DNA of 64,000 bases. It comes from Meiothermus sp. GTDB taxonomy: Bacteria; Deinococcota; Deinococci; Deinococcales; Thermaceae. Under the pieces are notes generated by a model. That model did not search any database. It saw only the letters and a list, made by a program, of their open reading frames with translations, and had not been told where the DNA came from. The stretch spans positions 1-64,000 of the forward strand of contig JANRLD010000007.1 in assembly GCA_033762915.1 (NCBI GenBank), written 5' to 3'. Within the stretch, counting starts at the first letter, position 1. The number at the start of each line of letters is the position of its first letter. Below are positions 10,835 through 21,036 of the stretch, piece after piece. Made by a program: the position numbers and the translations under genes.

Positions 10835-11374
10835 ATGAGCCTCGAGATTCGTCAAGCCACCCCGGAGCAGATCGGGCTCTCCTCGAGCATCCTCACCGAG
10901 GCTGCCGAGTGGGCCGTCTCGATAGGCCAGCCGCTGTGGAAACCAGAAGTGCTGACGGCGGAGAAGCTGGGGCCCAATCTCGAGCGGGGCGAGATTTTCC
11001 TGGCCTGGCTGGGCGGCGAGGCGGTAGGGAACATCTTCTTCCAGTGGGAAGACAGGCCGTTCTGGCCGCATCTGGAGCGCGGCGAGTCGGCCTTCTTCCA
11101 CAAGGTTGCCATCCGGCGCAAGGTGGCGGGCCAAGGCGTCGCCCGAGCGATGGTCGAGTGGGCCATCGCCAAGGCCAAAGCCGAGGGCGCTCCTTACCTG
11201 CGGATGGACACCCACGCCCGCCGCCCCAAGCTGATCCGCTTCTACGAGGAGATGGGCTTCGTCTTTGTGGAGGAGAAGGTGGTGGGCGGCCTCGAGGTGG
11301 CGCTGTACGAGATGAAGCTGTCGACCTCAAGGGCAATTGACCCGTCCTGCAAACCCCTCGAGCCGCTATCCTAG
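10835..11374 (+). CDS. GNAT family N-acetyltransferase
   Basis: VAIRRKVAGQGVA acetyl-CoA loop, LIRFYEEMGF. Confidence 0.85.
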   Translation: MSLEIRQATPEQIGLSSSILTEAAEWAVSIGQPLWKPEVLTAEKLGPNLERGEIFLAWLGGEAVGNIFFQWEDRPFWPHLERGESAFFHKVAIRRKVAGQGVARAMVEWAIAKAKAEGAPYLRMDTHARRPKLIRFYEEMGFVFVEEKVVGGLEVALYEMKLSTSRAIDPSCKPLEPLS

Positions 11375-11381
11375 TCCTACA

Positions 11382-13187
11382 ATGAACCCCCTCGAGTTCG
11401 TTCGGGGTCAGGCCCCCTTCGACAGCCTTCCGCCGGAGGCTTGGCCGGTCGTGGAGCGGGGCCTCGAGATCATCTTCTTTCCCAAGGGCGAGAAGGTCTT
11501 GCAGCCGGGCGGGGTACCCGGCGCCTACCTCTACCTGATCCGCAAGGGTGAGGCCCGGCTGGTGCAGGCCGGGCAGACCGTGGAGCACCTCGAGGCGGGC
11601 GAGCTGTTTGGGTATCCCTCGCTGCTCTCGCAGCAGGCCCCACGCTTTGACGTGACGGTGGACGAGGATTTGCTTGTCTACCGCTGGCCCGAGGCCAGCT
11701 TCAGGCGACTGCTCGAGTACCCTGCTTTTGCCAACTTCTTCACCCACGGGCTGGCCGAGCGGCTGCGGCTGGGCGGCAGGGGAGAGGCGGGGGCGGGGTT
11801 TGGGCTCGAGCTGAGCCTTCCGGTCGGGGAACTGGTGGGCCGCCCCCCGGTCTGGCTGCCGCGCAGCGCCACCGTGGGCGAGGCCGCCCGGCTGATGCAG
11901 CAGCACCAGATCAGCTCGGTGCTGGTCGAGGGCGAGCCCGCAGGCATCCTGACCGACCGCGACCTGCGCAACCGTGTGCTGGCGGCGGGTCGGGGCGCGG
12001 AGGTGCCGGTGGGCGAGGTGATGAGCGTCCCGCTCAAGACCCTGAGTGCTTCTGCGCCGCTGTTCGAGGCGCTGGCCTACATGGTGGCGCAGCGGATTCA
12101 CCACCTGCCCCTCGAGCAGGGCGGGCGGATTGTCGGCGTGGTCACCGACACCGCCTTTCTGCACCAGCAGAGCCGCAGCCCGCTCCAGGTGGTGCGGCGG
12201 CTCGAGCGCACCCACAGCCTGACCGACCTCGCGGGCTATGCCGCCGAGCTGAGCGGCACCGTCGAGCTGCTGCTGGCGGGCGGGCTGGGGGCCGCCGAGG
12301 TGGGGCGCAGCGTGAGCAGCCTCAACGACCAGCTGGTGCGGATGCTGTGCGGACTGGCCGAGGAGCAGTTGGGCCGCCCGCCCACCGCTTACGCCTGGAT
12401 GGTGCTGGGCTCCGAGGGGCGGATGGAGCAGACCCTGCTCACCGACCAGGACAACGCCCTAGCCTTTCTGAGCGATACCCCGGAAGCGCGTTCCTACTTC
12501 GCCCGGTTGGCCGAGTTTGTGGTGAACGGGCTGATCGCGGCGGGCTTCCCGCCCTGTCCGGGCGGCTACATGGCGACCCGCTGGTGTAAGCCGCTGGCCG
12601 AGTGGGAGGCGCTGTTTGACCACTGGGTGGGGCAACCCAAGGGGCAGGAGTTGCTCGAGGCCCAGATATTCTTCGACTTCCGGGTGGCGCACGGGGAGCT
12701 CTCGCTCGAGCCCCTGCAGGCAGTCGCGGGCCGCAGCGCCAAGAACACCATCTTTCTGGCCCAGCTCGCACGGGCCGCCTTGCAGTTTAGGCCGCCGTTG
12801 GGCTTTTTCCGGCAGATTCGGGAGGAGGCGGGCGGGGTGGACTTGAAGAAGGGGGGCATCGCCCCGGTGGTGGGTCTGGCCCGCGTGCTGGCCCTCGAGG
12901 CCGGTAGTGCGGCCAAGTCCAGCTTCGAGCGCCTGAAGGCTGCCGAGGCCGGAGGTAGCCTGAGCCTCGAGTCCTGCGAGACGCTGACCGAGGCCCTGGC
13001 CTTCCTGATGCGCCTGCGGCTGCGCCACCAGTTGGCCCAGCTCAAATCCGGGCAGACGCCCAGCAATACGGTTCCGCTGGACAAGCTTTCGGCCCTCGAG
13101 CGCCGCCACCTCAAGGAGGCCTTCCTCAGCATCCACGCCATGCAGGACTCGCTGAGTCGCCGCTTTCACACCGACTCCTTGGGCTAA
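11382..13187 (+). CDS. cNMP-binding / CBS-pair / DUF294 nucleotidyltransferase-like protein
   Basis: cNMP domain (LYLIRKG..GELFG), CBS (GILTDRDLR), LGSEGRMEQTLLTDQDNAL, CPGGYMA, VDLKKGGIAP. Confidence 0.88.
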   Translation: MNPLEFVRGQAPFDSLPPEAWPVVERGLEIIFFPKGEKVLQPGGVPGAYLYLIRKGEARLVQAGQTVEHLEAGELFGYPSLLSQQAPRFDVTVDEDLLVYRWPEASFRRLLEYPAFANFFTHGLAERLRLGGRGEAGAGFGLELSLPVGELVGRPPVWLPRSATVGEAARLMQQHQISSVLVEGEPAGILTDRDLRNRVLAAGRGAEVPVGEVMSVPLKTLSASAPLFEALAYMVAQRIHHLPLEQGGRIVGVVTDTAFLHQQSRSPLQVVRRLERTHSLTDLAGYAAELSGTVELLLAGGLGAAEVGRSVSSLNDQLVRMLCGLAEEQLGRPPTAYAWMVLGSEGRMEQTLLTDQDNALAFLSDTPEARSYFARLAEFVVNGLIAAGFPPCPGGYMATRWCKPLAEWEALFDHWVGQPKGQELLEAQIFFDFRVAHGELSLEPLQAVAGRSAKNTIFLAQLARAALQFRPPLGFFRQIREEAGGVDLKKGGIAPVVGLARVLALEAGSAAKSSFERLKAAEAGGSLSLESCETLTEALAFLMRLRLRHQLAQLKSGQTPSNTVPLDKLSALERRHLKEAFLSIHAMQDSLSRRFHTDSLG

Positions 13188-13256
13188 GAGGGGTGGCATG
13201 ACTTGCGCGGTGCTCGGCCGGCCAAATCCGGGTCACCGGTTCTTAAGTGAGGTTCG

Positions 13257-13862
13257 ATGTTCGGCTTCCTGAGTAAAAGCCCCCCATGGGACGAGGTCAA
13301 CTACTGGGCGCTCGACCTCGAGACCGGCGGCCTCCAGCCTGCCGACCCAATTCTGTCGCTGGGCATGGTGCCGCTTCGGGGCGGGGTGATCTGCTTCGGG
13401 GAGCACTTCTACACCCTGGTTCGCCCAAAAAACTTCGAGACCCTCTCCACCGAGGGCATCCGGGCGCACCAGATCGTTCCAGCGGAACTCGAGCAGGCCC
13501 CCCCGCTGGCGCATGCCATCGCGGAGTTCGAGGCTCGAGTGGGGCCGCAAGACGTGCTGCTGCTGCACTTCGCCCAGGTGGATGTGGGGTTTCTGAAGCG
13601 GGCGTTTGGGGAGTTGGGGAAGCCTTGGCCCAGGCATAGGGTCGTGGATACCGCCGTGCTGCTGGCGAATCTGACCCGACGGACGCGGCAGCTTGAGCCC
13701 TACGCCAGGGCGCTCCCGGCCGGCCTGGGGGAGGCGCGAGCGGCACTGTCGCTGCCGGGGCATCTCGAGCACCACGCACTGTGGGATGCCCTGGCAACAG
13801 CGGAGCTGTTTTTGGTTTTGCGCGCACGGCTTGGAGCTAGGACTTTGCAGGCCCTGCAGTAG
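13257..13862 (+). CDS. DEDDh 3'-5' exonuclease (DnaQ-like)
   Basis: ALDLETGGL, VDT, HHALWDALATAELF. Confidence 0.85.
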   Translation: MFGFLSKSPPWDEVNYWALDLETGGLQPADPILSLGMVPLRGGVICFGEHFYTLVRPKNFETLSTEGIRAHQIVPAELEQAPPLAHAIAEFEARVGPQDVLLLHFAQVDVGFLKRAFGELGKPWPRHRVVDTAVLLANLTRRTRQLEPYARALPAGLGEARAALSLPGHLEHHALWDALATAELFLVLRARLGARTLQALQ

Positions 13863-14283
13863 CGGGAGGGTTGCGGCGGGTCGTGGAGACAGAGCCGTTC
13901 TCTTCTAGTTCGTCAAAACCCGAAGACCCACCAGCCAAAACTGTTGTCATGTTGAGCAGAGGGCAGCGGCAACGCAGCGTAGTCTTGGCCGGTCGAAACC
14001 TCTGCGAAGGGCGAGTACCGCCAACGCAATGTTGCGACAAGGACTGTCACCTGCAGCTTGAAATAGACTGCATTGACGCAGTGGGGAGCAGGGTGACAGG
14101 GACTTGCGGTTTTGTTTTTCGAGGGTCGAACCACTCAAACTCGAGTTGCTTGTTCTGCGTGGGGCTCGAGGCGCGTCCTTACCGCTCCGGTTTCCAGCAA
14201 AATCAGCCTAGCGCCGGGTTTTCCAACTCCCCGGCCCCTTTCTCACCTAGGGGGAAAGGCCTGGCGGACAGTTTTTACAGGTT

Positions 14284-14630
14284 GGGAAGAGGCGTAAGCC
14301 GGGTTCTGTTTCCATAGTCATCTCTCTGGGATGCCGGTCGCCCGACACCTCGAGCGTCACTGCCGTAGGTTCAATCGGCTCGGGTCAAGCCTCCCTGGTC
14401 GGACTTACAGACTTGCAGCAGATGGAGTTTACCTAGCTCCCCGTGTTTCCACGGGCACTGGTGGGCTCTTACCCCACCGTTTCACCCTTACCTGTCGCCT
14501 CGCGGCAACTGGCGGTCTGCTTTCTGTTGCACTTTTCGTCGGGTTGCCCCGCCCAGCCGTTAGCTGGCATCACGCCCTGTGCTGCCCGGACTTTCCTCAG
14601 GCTTTTGGCCCGCGACTATGCCCTCTTCCC
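14284..14630 (-). ncRNA. rnpB: RNase P RNA, bacterial class A
   Basis: Minus strand contains GAGGAAAGTCCGGG, AGTGCAACAGAAA, GGGTGAAACGGTGGGGTAAGAGCCCACC and ACAGAACCCGGCTTA; terminal GGGAAGAGG/CCTCTTCCC pairing. Confidence 0.97.
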
Positions 14631-14747
14631 AAAATAGAAGTGTACACCATCTAGCCATTTCCCGCCCAGGTGTGCTAAACTCGTGAACGGTTTGCCGAGA
14701 GGCAAGGAATCGCCCCAGGGGCGAAAACTGACTGGAGAACTCGAACT

Positions 14748-15041
14748 ATGGCTCAGAAGAAGACCGCCCGCAGTGCATCCGGCCTGAAGCGCCACCGCCA
14801 GTCGCTCAAGCGCCGCGCCCGCAACAAGGCCAAGATGTCCACCCTAAAGACCATCAGCAAGAAGGCCGTCACCCTGGCCCAGTCCGGCAATGCCGAGGAA
14901 GCCACCAAGACCCTCCGCTACGCCGAGAGCCTGATTGACAAGGCCGCCAAGGGCTCGACCCTCCACAGGAGCGCCGCCGCCCGCCGCAAGAGCCGCCTGA
15001 TGAGCAAGGTCAGCGCCCTGTTGAAAGGGGCGAGCGCCTAA
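14748..15041 (+). CDS. rpsT: 30S ribosomal protein S20
   Basis: [38 protein letters not shown]. Confidence 0.95.
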   Translation: MAQKKTARSASGLKRHRQSLKRRARNKAKMSTLKTISKKAVTLAQSGNAEEATKTLRYAESLIDKAAKGSTLHRSAAARRKSRLMSKVSALLKGASA

Positions 15042-15121
15042 TGGGCCGGGGCGACAAGCGTACCCGCCGGGGCAAAATTTTCCGTGGCAGCCACGGCAAG
15101 TCCCGCCCAAAGAAGAAGTAG
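15041..15121 (+). CDS. thx: 30S ribosomal protein Thx (26 aa; absent from the ORF track)
   Basis: [31 protein letters not shown] overlap with the rpsT stop. Confidence 0.93.
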   Translation: MGRGDKRTRRGKIFRGSHGKSRPKKK

Positions 15122-15135
15122 GTTTTCGGAGTTTT

Positions 15136-15169
15136 GCGGCCTCTCCGGTTTCGGGGGGGCTGTTTTGTT
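15136..15169 (+). terminator. Probable intrinsic terminator after rpsT-thx
   Basis: GCGGCCTCTCCG-GTTT-CGGGGGGGCTGT followed by a T-rich tract. Confidence 0.55.
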
Positions 15170-15294
15170 GAGGCAGGCAACAGGGAACGGGGAGCAGTAG
15201 GGGCGGAAGGTATGGGCAAAGGCCTCGAGCATCGTCTATTCTCCCTAAGCTGACGTGGCTTTCTCCCCGTTCCCCGTCCCCCCACAGGAGCACT

Positions 15295-16647
15295 ATGTAC
15301 CGAGTCGTAATCGTAGGACGGCCCAACGTGGGCAAGTCCAGCCTGTTTAACAAGCTGATGGGGCTGCGGGCGGCCCCGGAGAAGTACGCCAAGGCCGGGA
15401 GCAAGTTTGCGGTGGTGGCGGACGTGCCGGGGGTGACCAGGGATCTCAAGGAGGGTGTGGTCGAGACCGAGCGGGGCCGCTTCAAGCTGATCGACACCGG
15501 CGGGCTGTGGTCGGGCGATGTGTGGGAGCGCAAGATCAAGGAGAAGGTCGAGCGGGCCATCAAGGATGCCGACCTGGTGCTGTTCGCGGTGGATGGGCGC
15601 TCGGACATCGCTACGGCAGACCTCGAGGTCTCTGACTTCCTGCGCCGCCAGGGCAAGCCGGTACTAGTGGTCGCGACCAAGATCGACGACCCCAAGCACG
15701 AGAACTACCTGGGCGAGTTCTACGTCCTGGGCTTCGGGGAGGCTTTCCCCACCAGCTCGGCCCACGGGCGCGGTATCGGCGACCTGACCGACCGAGTCTG
15801 GGAGCTGCTCCCAGACGGGGAGCGCGGCGACGAGCCGGAGGTGGTGCCGATCCGGCTAGCCATTGTGGGCCGCCCCAACGCGGGCAAGAGCAGCCTGCTC
15901 AACGCCATCCTGGGCGAGGAGCGGGTGATCGTCTCAGAGATCGCTGGCACCACCCGCGACTCGATAGACGTGGAGTTCGACTACGGCGGGAACCGCTTCG
16001 TGCTGGTGGACACGGCGGGCATCCGCAAGCACCCCGAGACCGGCATTGAGGAGCAGGCCATCACCCGGGCGCGGCAGGCCATCACCGACTCCGACATCGT
16101 GCTGCTGGTCATCGACCCTTTCGAGGTGGGCGACCACGAGATGAAGCTGGCCAACGAGGCCCTGGACGCCGGTAAGCCGGTGATCGTGACCATCACCAAG
16201 TGGGACTTGATCGAAGACAAGGACGAGGCCAAGCGCGTGCGGGCCGACCTGGCCCTCAAGCTCTCGCACATCCAGCACCTGCCCCGCCTCTATGTCTCGA
16301 GCGTCTCCAGGCTTAATCTGCCCAAGCTCTTTGTGGAGGCGGTGCGGCTGTACGGGCTGGCCCGTGTCCGCTTCGAGACCGCCGAGCTGAACCGCTTCCT
16401 CTCGAGCTGGACGGTCCAGACCATGATGCCCAACTTCAAGGGTAAGCCGCTCAAGATCTTCTTCGTTACCCAGCCCGACATCGCCCCGCCCACCTTCGTC
16501 TTCTTCTGTAACTACCCCGAGTTCGTGACCCGGGCCTTTGAGGGCTTTTTGAAGAACAAGATCGGGCAGGACCTCGAGCTGGCCGAGATTCCCTTCAAGA
16601 TGATTTTTAAGGGTCGCCGCGACAAAATGGAGAAAGAGGAGAAGTAA
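15295..16647 (+). CDS. der: Ribosome biogenesis GTPase Der/EngA
   Basis: Two G domains (GRPNVGKS/DTGG and GRPNAGKS/DTAG) plus KH-like PPTFVFF. Confidence 0.95.
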   Translation: MYRVVIVGRPNVGKSSLFNKLMGLRAAPEKYAKAGSKFAVVADVPGVTRDLKEGVVETERGRFKLIDTGGLWSGDVWERKIKEKVERAIKDADLVLFAVDGRSDIATADLEVSDFLRRQGKPVLVVATKIDDPKHENYLGEFYVLGFGEAFPTSSAHGRGIGDLTDRVWELLPDGERGDEPEVVPIRLAIVGRPNAGKSSLLNAILGEERVIVSEIAGTTRDSIDVEFDYGGNRFVLVDTAGIRKHPETGIEEQAITRARQAITDSDIVLLVIDPFEVGDHEMKLANEALDAGKPVIVTITKWDLIEDKDEAKRVRADLALKLSHIQHLPRLYVSSVSRLNLPKLFVEAVRLYGLARVRFETAELNRFLSSWTVQTMMPNFKGKPLKIFFVTQPDIAPPTFVFFCNYPEFVTRAFEGFLKNKIGQDLELAEIPFKMIFKGRRDKMEKEEK

Positions 16648-16663
16648 TCCCCCGTACTGCGGG

Positions 16664-17179
16664 CTAGTGTGCTTTTGGCTTTCTCCGCAGCCAGATTGCG
16701 GACAGCCCCAAGAAAAGCAGACCGTTGAACAACCAAAAGGCGTCATAGACGGGAGTGGCCGAAGGCCGGGGGAAGATGCCCAGTGCCGGCTCGTCTATGA
16801 CCGCCCTCGAGCCGTCTCTGGAGACGCGGATCGGGACTTCAAGGCCGCGGACGAACCGCGACGTTTGGGCGTAAGAGGCGATCCAGGAGTCTTGCCGAAA
16901 GGCGGGGCTTTGAGGGGCGCCCTTCTGTGTAAACCTCACCATCTGGTAAGGGTGACTACCCATCCGGCAGGTGAGCTTCTGGAACAAGGTGTTGTTTTTC
17001 GACCCGCTAGGGCAGGTGAAGACGATGCTTGGCTGGCTGTCGATGAGGGTGCCGGTCGCCCTGACCCCGGCTAGGGTCAGCCAGATTGCCTCGGCCCGAA
17101 TCCAGAGACCTTGGAGTCCGAGGCAGACTCCAGACAGTCCCAGAAGGACCACGAACCCGAGTACCGCTCTATCCTTCAT
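16664..17179 (-). CDS. Hypothetical membrane protein (two terminal TM helices, DUF3592-like layout)
   Basis: TM helix, GVRATGTLID, beta-rich middle, TM helix; GAGG before the ATG. Confidence 0.55.
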   Translation of the reverse strand: MKDRAVLGFVVLLGLSGVCLGLQGLWIRAEAIWLTLAGVRATGTLIDSQPSIVFTCPSGSKNNTLFQKLTCRMGSHPYQMVRFTQKGAPQSPAFRQDSWIASYAQTSRFVRGLEVPIRVSRDGSRAVIDEPALGIFPRPSATPVYDAFWLFNGLLFLGLSAIWLRRKPKAH

Positions 17180-17185
17180 GCATCC

Positions 17186-18022
17186 TCAAAACTCTTCTTC
17201 GCCCGCCCTGGCCGCCTTGACCCGCTTGAGCTGGGCCACCAGCACAAAGCTGACGATGAACAACAGCGACCATGAGGTGAGCTTGGAGATCGAGACCGGT
17301 TGCCATCCGTCCGCCTGGTTGGGGTACTGCCAGGCGTTGAGGAAGGTGCCGATGTTCTCGGCGAACCAGATGAAGGTCGCCACCATCACGAAGCCCGCCA
17401 GCAGCGGCAGCCAGAACTCGCGGTTGGGCCGCTCCTCGGGGTGGGCGAAAGGCACCTCGGAGAGGGTGAAGTAGATGCGGGTGCGCCAGTAGGCGGCCAG
17501 CAGCCCGGCTATGATGAACCAGCGGATGTCGTAGGTGATCGCGTTGGTGTAAAAGTTGCCGTAGATCAAGACCACGAACGTCCAGTTGACCCAGCTCGGG
17601 GGGAAGTGCTCAAGGCGCAACCTCAGCCGCCGCCAAGCCTGGGTGATATAGCTCCCCACCGCCGAGTACATAAACCCAGCAAAAAGCGGAACCCCCAGCA
17701 CCTTCAGGTAGGCCTCGCCGGGATAAGCCCACGACCCCAGATTAACCTTATAAATCTCCATCGCCATCGCAATCGCATGAAACAGGGTGATGGTCTTTAG
17801 CTCGTCCACCGTCTCGACCTTCACGCCCCAGACCATCCAGACCTGGATCAAGAGGCAGGCCAGGAACAAAAAGTCGTAGCGGGCGATTCCGGGCAGTGGG
17901 AAGAAATGGGTGAGGGCCAGCAACAGCAGGATCAGGCCAGGGAAGACGCAACTGGCGGCCTCCTGGTAGGCGAAGTTGAGCAATAGGGTAAGTCGGCGAC
18001 GAATGGGGTGGGTAGAGGTCAT
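17186..18022 (-). CDS. DUF817 (YoaT-like) integral membrane protein
   Basis: RYDFL, ETVDELKTI, GSWAYP, VPLFAGFMYSAVGSY, AENIGTF, WQYPNQ. Confidence 0.8.
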   Translation of the reverse strand: MTSTHPIRRRLTLLLNFAYQEAASCVFPGLILLLLALTHFFPLPGIARYDFLFLACLLIQVWMVWGVKVETVDELKTITLFHAIAMAMEIYKVNLGSWAYPGEAYLKVLGVPLFAGFMYSAVGSYITQAWRRLRLRLEHFPPSWVNWTFVVLIYGNFYTNAITYDIRWFIIAGLLAAYWRTRIYFTLSEVPFAHPEERPNREFWLPLLAGFVMVATFIWFAENIGTFLNAWQYPNQADGWQPVSISKLTSWSLLFIVSFVLVAQLKRVKAARAGEEEF

Positions 18023-18084
18023 TACTCCGAGACTAGCAGGTGTCGTGCCCGCGTGCGGTTTACCGGCGATAGTACGATGGGGCT

Positions 18085-18852
18085 ATGCTTGTTCAGAGCC
18101 AGACCCAAGGTTCCGTCCGCGTCCTAACCCTCACCGACCCCGAGCGCCGCAACCCCCTCTCGCAGGGCATGGTGGCAGCCATCATGGAAGCCCTCGAGGC
18201 GGCCGAGCACGACCCCACCGTGCGGCTGGTGGTCTTTACGGGGGCCGGGCCGGTGTTCAGCGCGGGGGTCGACCTCGAGTTTCTGCGCAATGTAACCCAG
18301 GCCGGAGCCGAGCAAAACATGGCCCATAGCCGCGAGCTGTTGCGCTTTTTCCACCGGGTTTACACCTTTCCCAAGCCCACTATCGCGGCCATCAACGGGC
18401 ATGCGGTGGCGGGAGGGGCAGGGTTGGTGAGTTGCTGTGACCTGGCGGTGATGAGCGAGAGCGCCAAGCTGGGCTACACCGAGAGCAAGATCGGCTTTGT
18501 GGCTGGGCTGGTGGGGGTGATTCTGGTTCGCACGGTAGGGGAGAAGCACGCCAAGGAGCTGCTCCTGACGGGGAAGCTGATCGGCGCCGCCGATGCCCAC
18601 CGCATGGGTCTGGTCAACGAACTGGTGCCCGCCGAACAAGTCATGGAGCGCAGCTTGGCCTTGGCCGCCGAGGTCACCGCCAACGCCCCTACCTCGTTGC
18701 GTTTGACCAAAGAACTGTTGACGGCCTTCCCCGCGATGAGCCTCGAGGACGGATTGCGGTATGCCTCGGTCGCCAATGCCTGGGTGCGCGAGACCGGGGA
18801 TTTGGTCGAGGGAATTACGGCATTCTTTGAGAAGCGGGCACCCAAGTTTTAA
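18085..18852 (+). CDS. Enoyl-CoA hydratase/isomerase family protein (methylglutaconyl-CoA hydratase-like)
   Basis: FSAGVDL, PKPTIAAINGHAVAGGAGL, EGITAFFEKRAP. Confidence 0.9.
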   Translation: MLVQSQTQGSVRVLTLTDPERRNPLSQGMVAAIMEALEAAEHDPTVRLVVFTGAGPVFSAGVDLEFLRNVTQAGAEQNMAHSRELLRFFHRVYTFPKPTIAAINGHAVAGGAGLVSCCDLAVMSESAKLGYTESKIGFVAGLVGVILVRTVGEKHAKELLLTGKLIGAADAHRMGLVNELVPAEQVMERSLALAAEVTANAPTSLRLTKELLTAFPAMSLEDGLRYASVANAWVRETGDLVEGITAFFEKRAPKF

Positions 18853-19032
18853 GTTGCGCCATAGTGAGATTACAGGACTTCAGCACAGCCTCATCAGCGA
18901 GCGGCTTGTGGGCGTAATTGCCCGATCTATCGGTGAGTGCGGTTGCTGCAATTCCACTATGGAGATACTAGGATTTGCCGAAGGTCGCAGGTCGAAGGTC
19001 ACGGATCGAAAACGGATAGCGGACGGCGCTTC

Positions 19033-20985
19033 TTATTTCACCCCAAACTGGCGCTCGCTGCTGGCAAACCCTGCGCCCCCGCTCGAGGCGTTCCAGACCA
19101 AGCTCCAGTTGCGGTTGCCTCCCGGCGCACTCAGCCCCGCGTCCATGATGGCGGCTTCGTCGGTCAGGCGCACGAAACCGCCGGGGACAAAGACCCCAAG
19201 GCGGAAGTCGAGTTGGGACGCTACCAGCGGCGAGAGGCTGTCGCGCAAAATTTGGTATCGGTCCATCCATTGGGGGTTGGCGAAGTTGAAGTCGGTGCGG
19301 TCGCAGGACAGGGCCAAGCGCCAGCCTCGAGCAGGTGTGGCGGGCGCGGCAGCAGGGGTACAGGCCGCCGGAAGCTGCGGGATGGCGAGCGGGCCGACCA
19401 CCGCCGCGCCTTCGCCGCAATCTTCGCTGCCGCGGGCGCTCTCGAGGCCCGTCAGGTAGGCCAGCGCGTTTTCCTGCACCTGCTTGGCGGCCTGGTAGTA
19501 CAGGTTGCGGAGGTTCAGCACAGCGGTGGCGCGGTAGGTTGGCTCGGAGAAGCGGGTGGTAAGGGCGGCGCTGCTCTGCCAGGCGGTGGCATAGGTGGCA
19601 CGGAGGGCTTTGTCGGCGGCCAGGAAGGCGGGCAGCGCGGCCTCGCGCCAGGCGGCGGCGTTGGCGCAGCCACGGTTGACGGTGAAGCGGCTGTACAGCC
19701 CGTCAACGGTGCGGTTCAGGGCCTTCTGGGCATCCTCGAGGGCCTTCCCCTCGCGGGGGGCGTAGTCGTTGAGGTTGTTGAGTCGCACGGCAGAGTCCTG
19801 CGCGTCGGCCAGGAAGTCAACAAACTTGGCCCTCACCGCCCCCACCCGCCGTTCCTGTCGAATCTCCACGCTACGGCGGCGCTCTGCGGCTCGGGCAGCC
19901 GCGAACTCCTCGAGCTTGGGGGTCTTGTCCCCGATCTCCCGGCCCAGCGCGATGATTGCCTCCCTGGCTCCTGCCGTCTGGCCCGGCTCCACGAAGCTGA
20001 GGCTGGGCAGGGCGGGCGCGCCACCCACCACACTGAACAGCTCAGCCAGCGGGCGGGCGCGGCTTCGCTCCACGTTCTCGGCCCCGCCCAGGTTGTGCCG
20101 CCACCAGGCCCGGCGTGCCCAGGTGATGGCCTCTGGGCATTTGTTTTGTGCCCCCAACGCATAAGCCAGATTGACCCTGGCCTCTTGCAAGTTGGGGTCG
20201 GCCTGGGCGGCTGCGCGGAGGGCGGTCTCGGCCTCGTGCAGACGGCGCAGGCGCAGCAGGGCGTGGCCCTTATTGTTCAGCAAAAGCGGGCGCAAGGCTG
20301 GGGATGGGTTGAGTCGCTCGGCGGCAGTGACCAGGGCCAGGGCTTCGGCAAACAGGCCATAGTAGTTGGCGAGGCCCGCCAGGTTGACGAGGTGACCTGG
20401 GTTGCGCGGCTGGAGGGCATTGGCCCGCAGCATCAGACCCAGTGAGAGTTGCGGCTTGCCCATCACGGCGGCGAGAGCCGCGTTGCGGCTGGCGGATGCG
20501 GCGTCCTTGTACTCGGGCTGGGTCTCCATTAGCCGCACACTGCCCGGCCCCGAGACCACATTGAGCGCTTTACGCAGGTTGGCTATTGCGTCGGCTGGGG
20601 CGAGGTTGGCGGCATTGCGGGCGGCCTGGGGTACGCTCAACTGCACCTGTCCTTGTTCGGCCCGCAACTGTCTCAGGGCTTGCTCGAGTTGCGGGCGTAA
20701 AGGATCGTTCTGCGGCAGTTCTTTGAGCTGCTGCTCGAGCGCCAGAACGGCCTCGTTCATGGTCTCGCTGAGGTTCTGCCGCATCGCGTCCATTCCGGCC
20801 GGGCTGGCGGCATCGCGCTGGGGGTCGGTGAGGGCCGAGAAACTAACCCCCAGTTGCTCGGGTTTGGGGCATTGGGTGGAGAGGTCCGACCACTGCATTT
20901 GCAGGTCGCTCAGAGCCGCCATGCGGGCAGGCTGGGCCAGGGCCAATGGAGCGATCAGCAGTAAAAGGGGGATCAATCTTTTCAT
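19033..20985 (-). CDS. Secreted TPR-containing protein
   Basis: Signal peptide MKRLIPLLLLIAPLALA; TPR-like LLNNKGHALLRL..EAETALRAA..DP..QEARVNLA. Confidence 0.7.
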   Translation of the reverse strand: MKRLIPLLLLIAPLALAQPARMAALSDLQMQWSDLSTQCPKPEQLGVSFSALTDPQRDAASPAGMDAMRQNLSETMNEAVLALEQQLKELPQNDPLRPQLEQALRQLRAEQGQVQLSVPQAARNAANLAPADAIANLRKALNVVSGPGSVRLMETQPEYKDAASASRNAALAAVMGKPQLSLGLMLRANALQPRNPGHLVNLAGLANYYGLFAEALALVTAAERLNPSPALRPLLLNNKGHALLRLRRLHEAETALRAAAQADPNLQEARVNLAYALGAQNKCPEAITWARRAWWRHNLGGAENVERSRARPLAELFSVVGGAPALPSLSFVEPGQTAGAREAIIALGREIGDKTPKLEEFAAARAAERRRSVEIRQERRVGAVRAKFVDFLADAQDSAVRLNNLNDYAPREGKALEDAQKALNRTVDGLYSRFTVNRGCANAAAWREAALPAFLAADKALRATYATAWQSSAALTTRFSEPTYRATAVLNLRNLYYQAAKQVQENALAYLTGLESARGSEDCGEGAAVVGPLAIPQLPAACTPAAAPATPARGWRLALSCDRTDFNFANPQWMDRYQILRDSLSPLVASQLDFRLGVFVPGGFVRLTDEAAIMDAGLSAPGGNRNWSLVWNASSGGAGFASSERQFGVK

Positions 20986-21036
20986 GGGGCGTTCCGTGTG
21001 GGCTCGAGCCGGTATTGGGCGAGGTGTTCGGAGGGC

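Noticed and set aside
14331..14654. ORFs 14331-14654 and 14443-14637
   Set aside because: Antisense to the RNase P RNA gene
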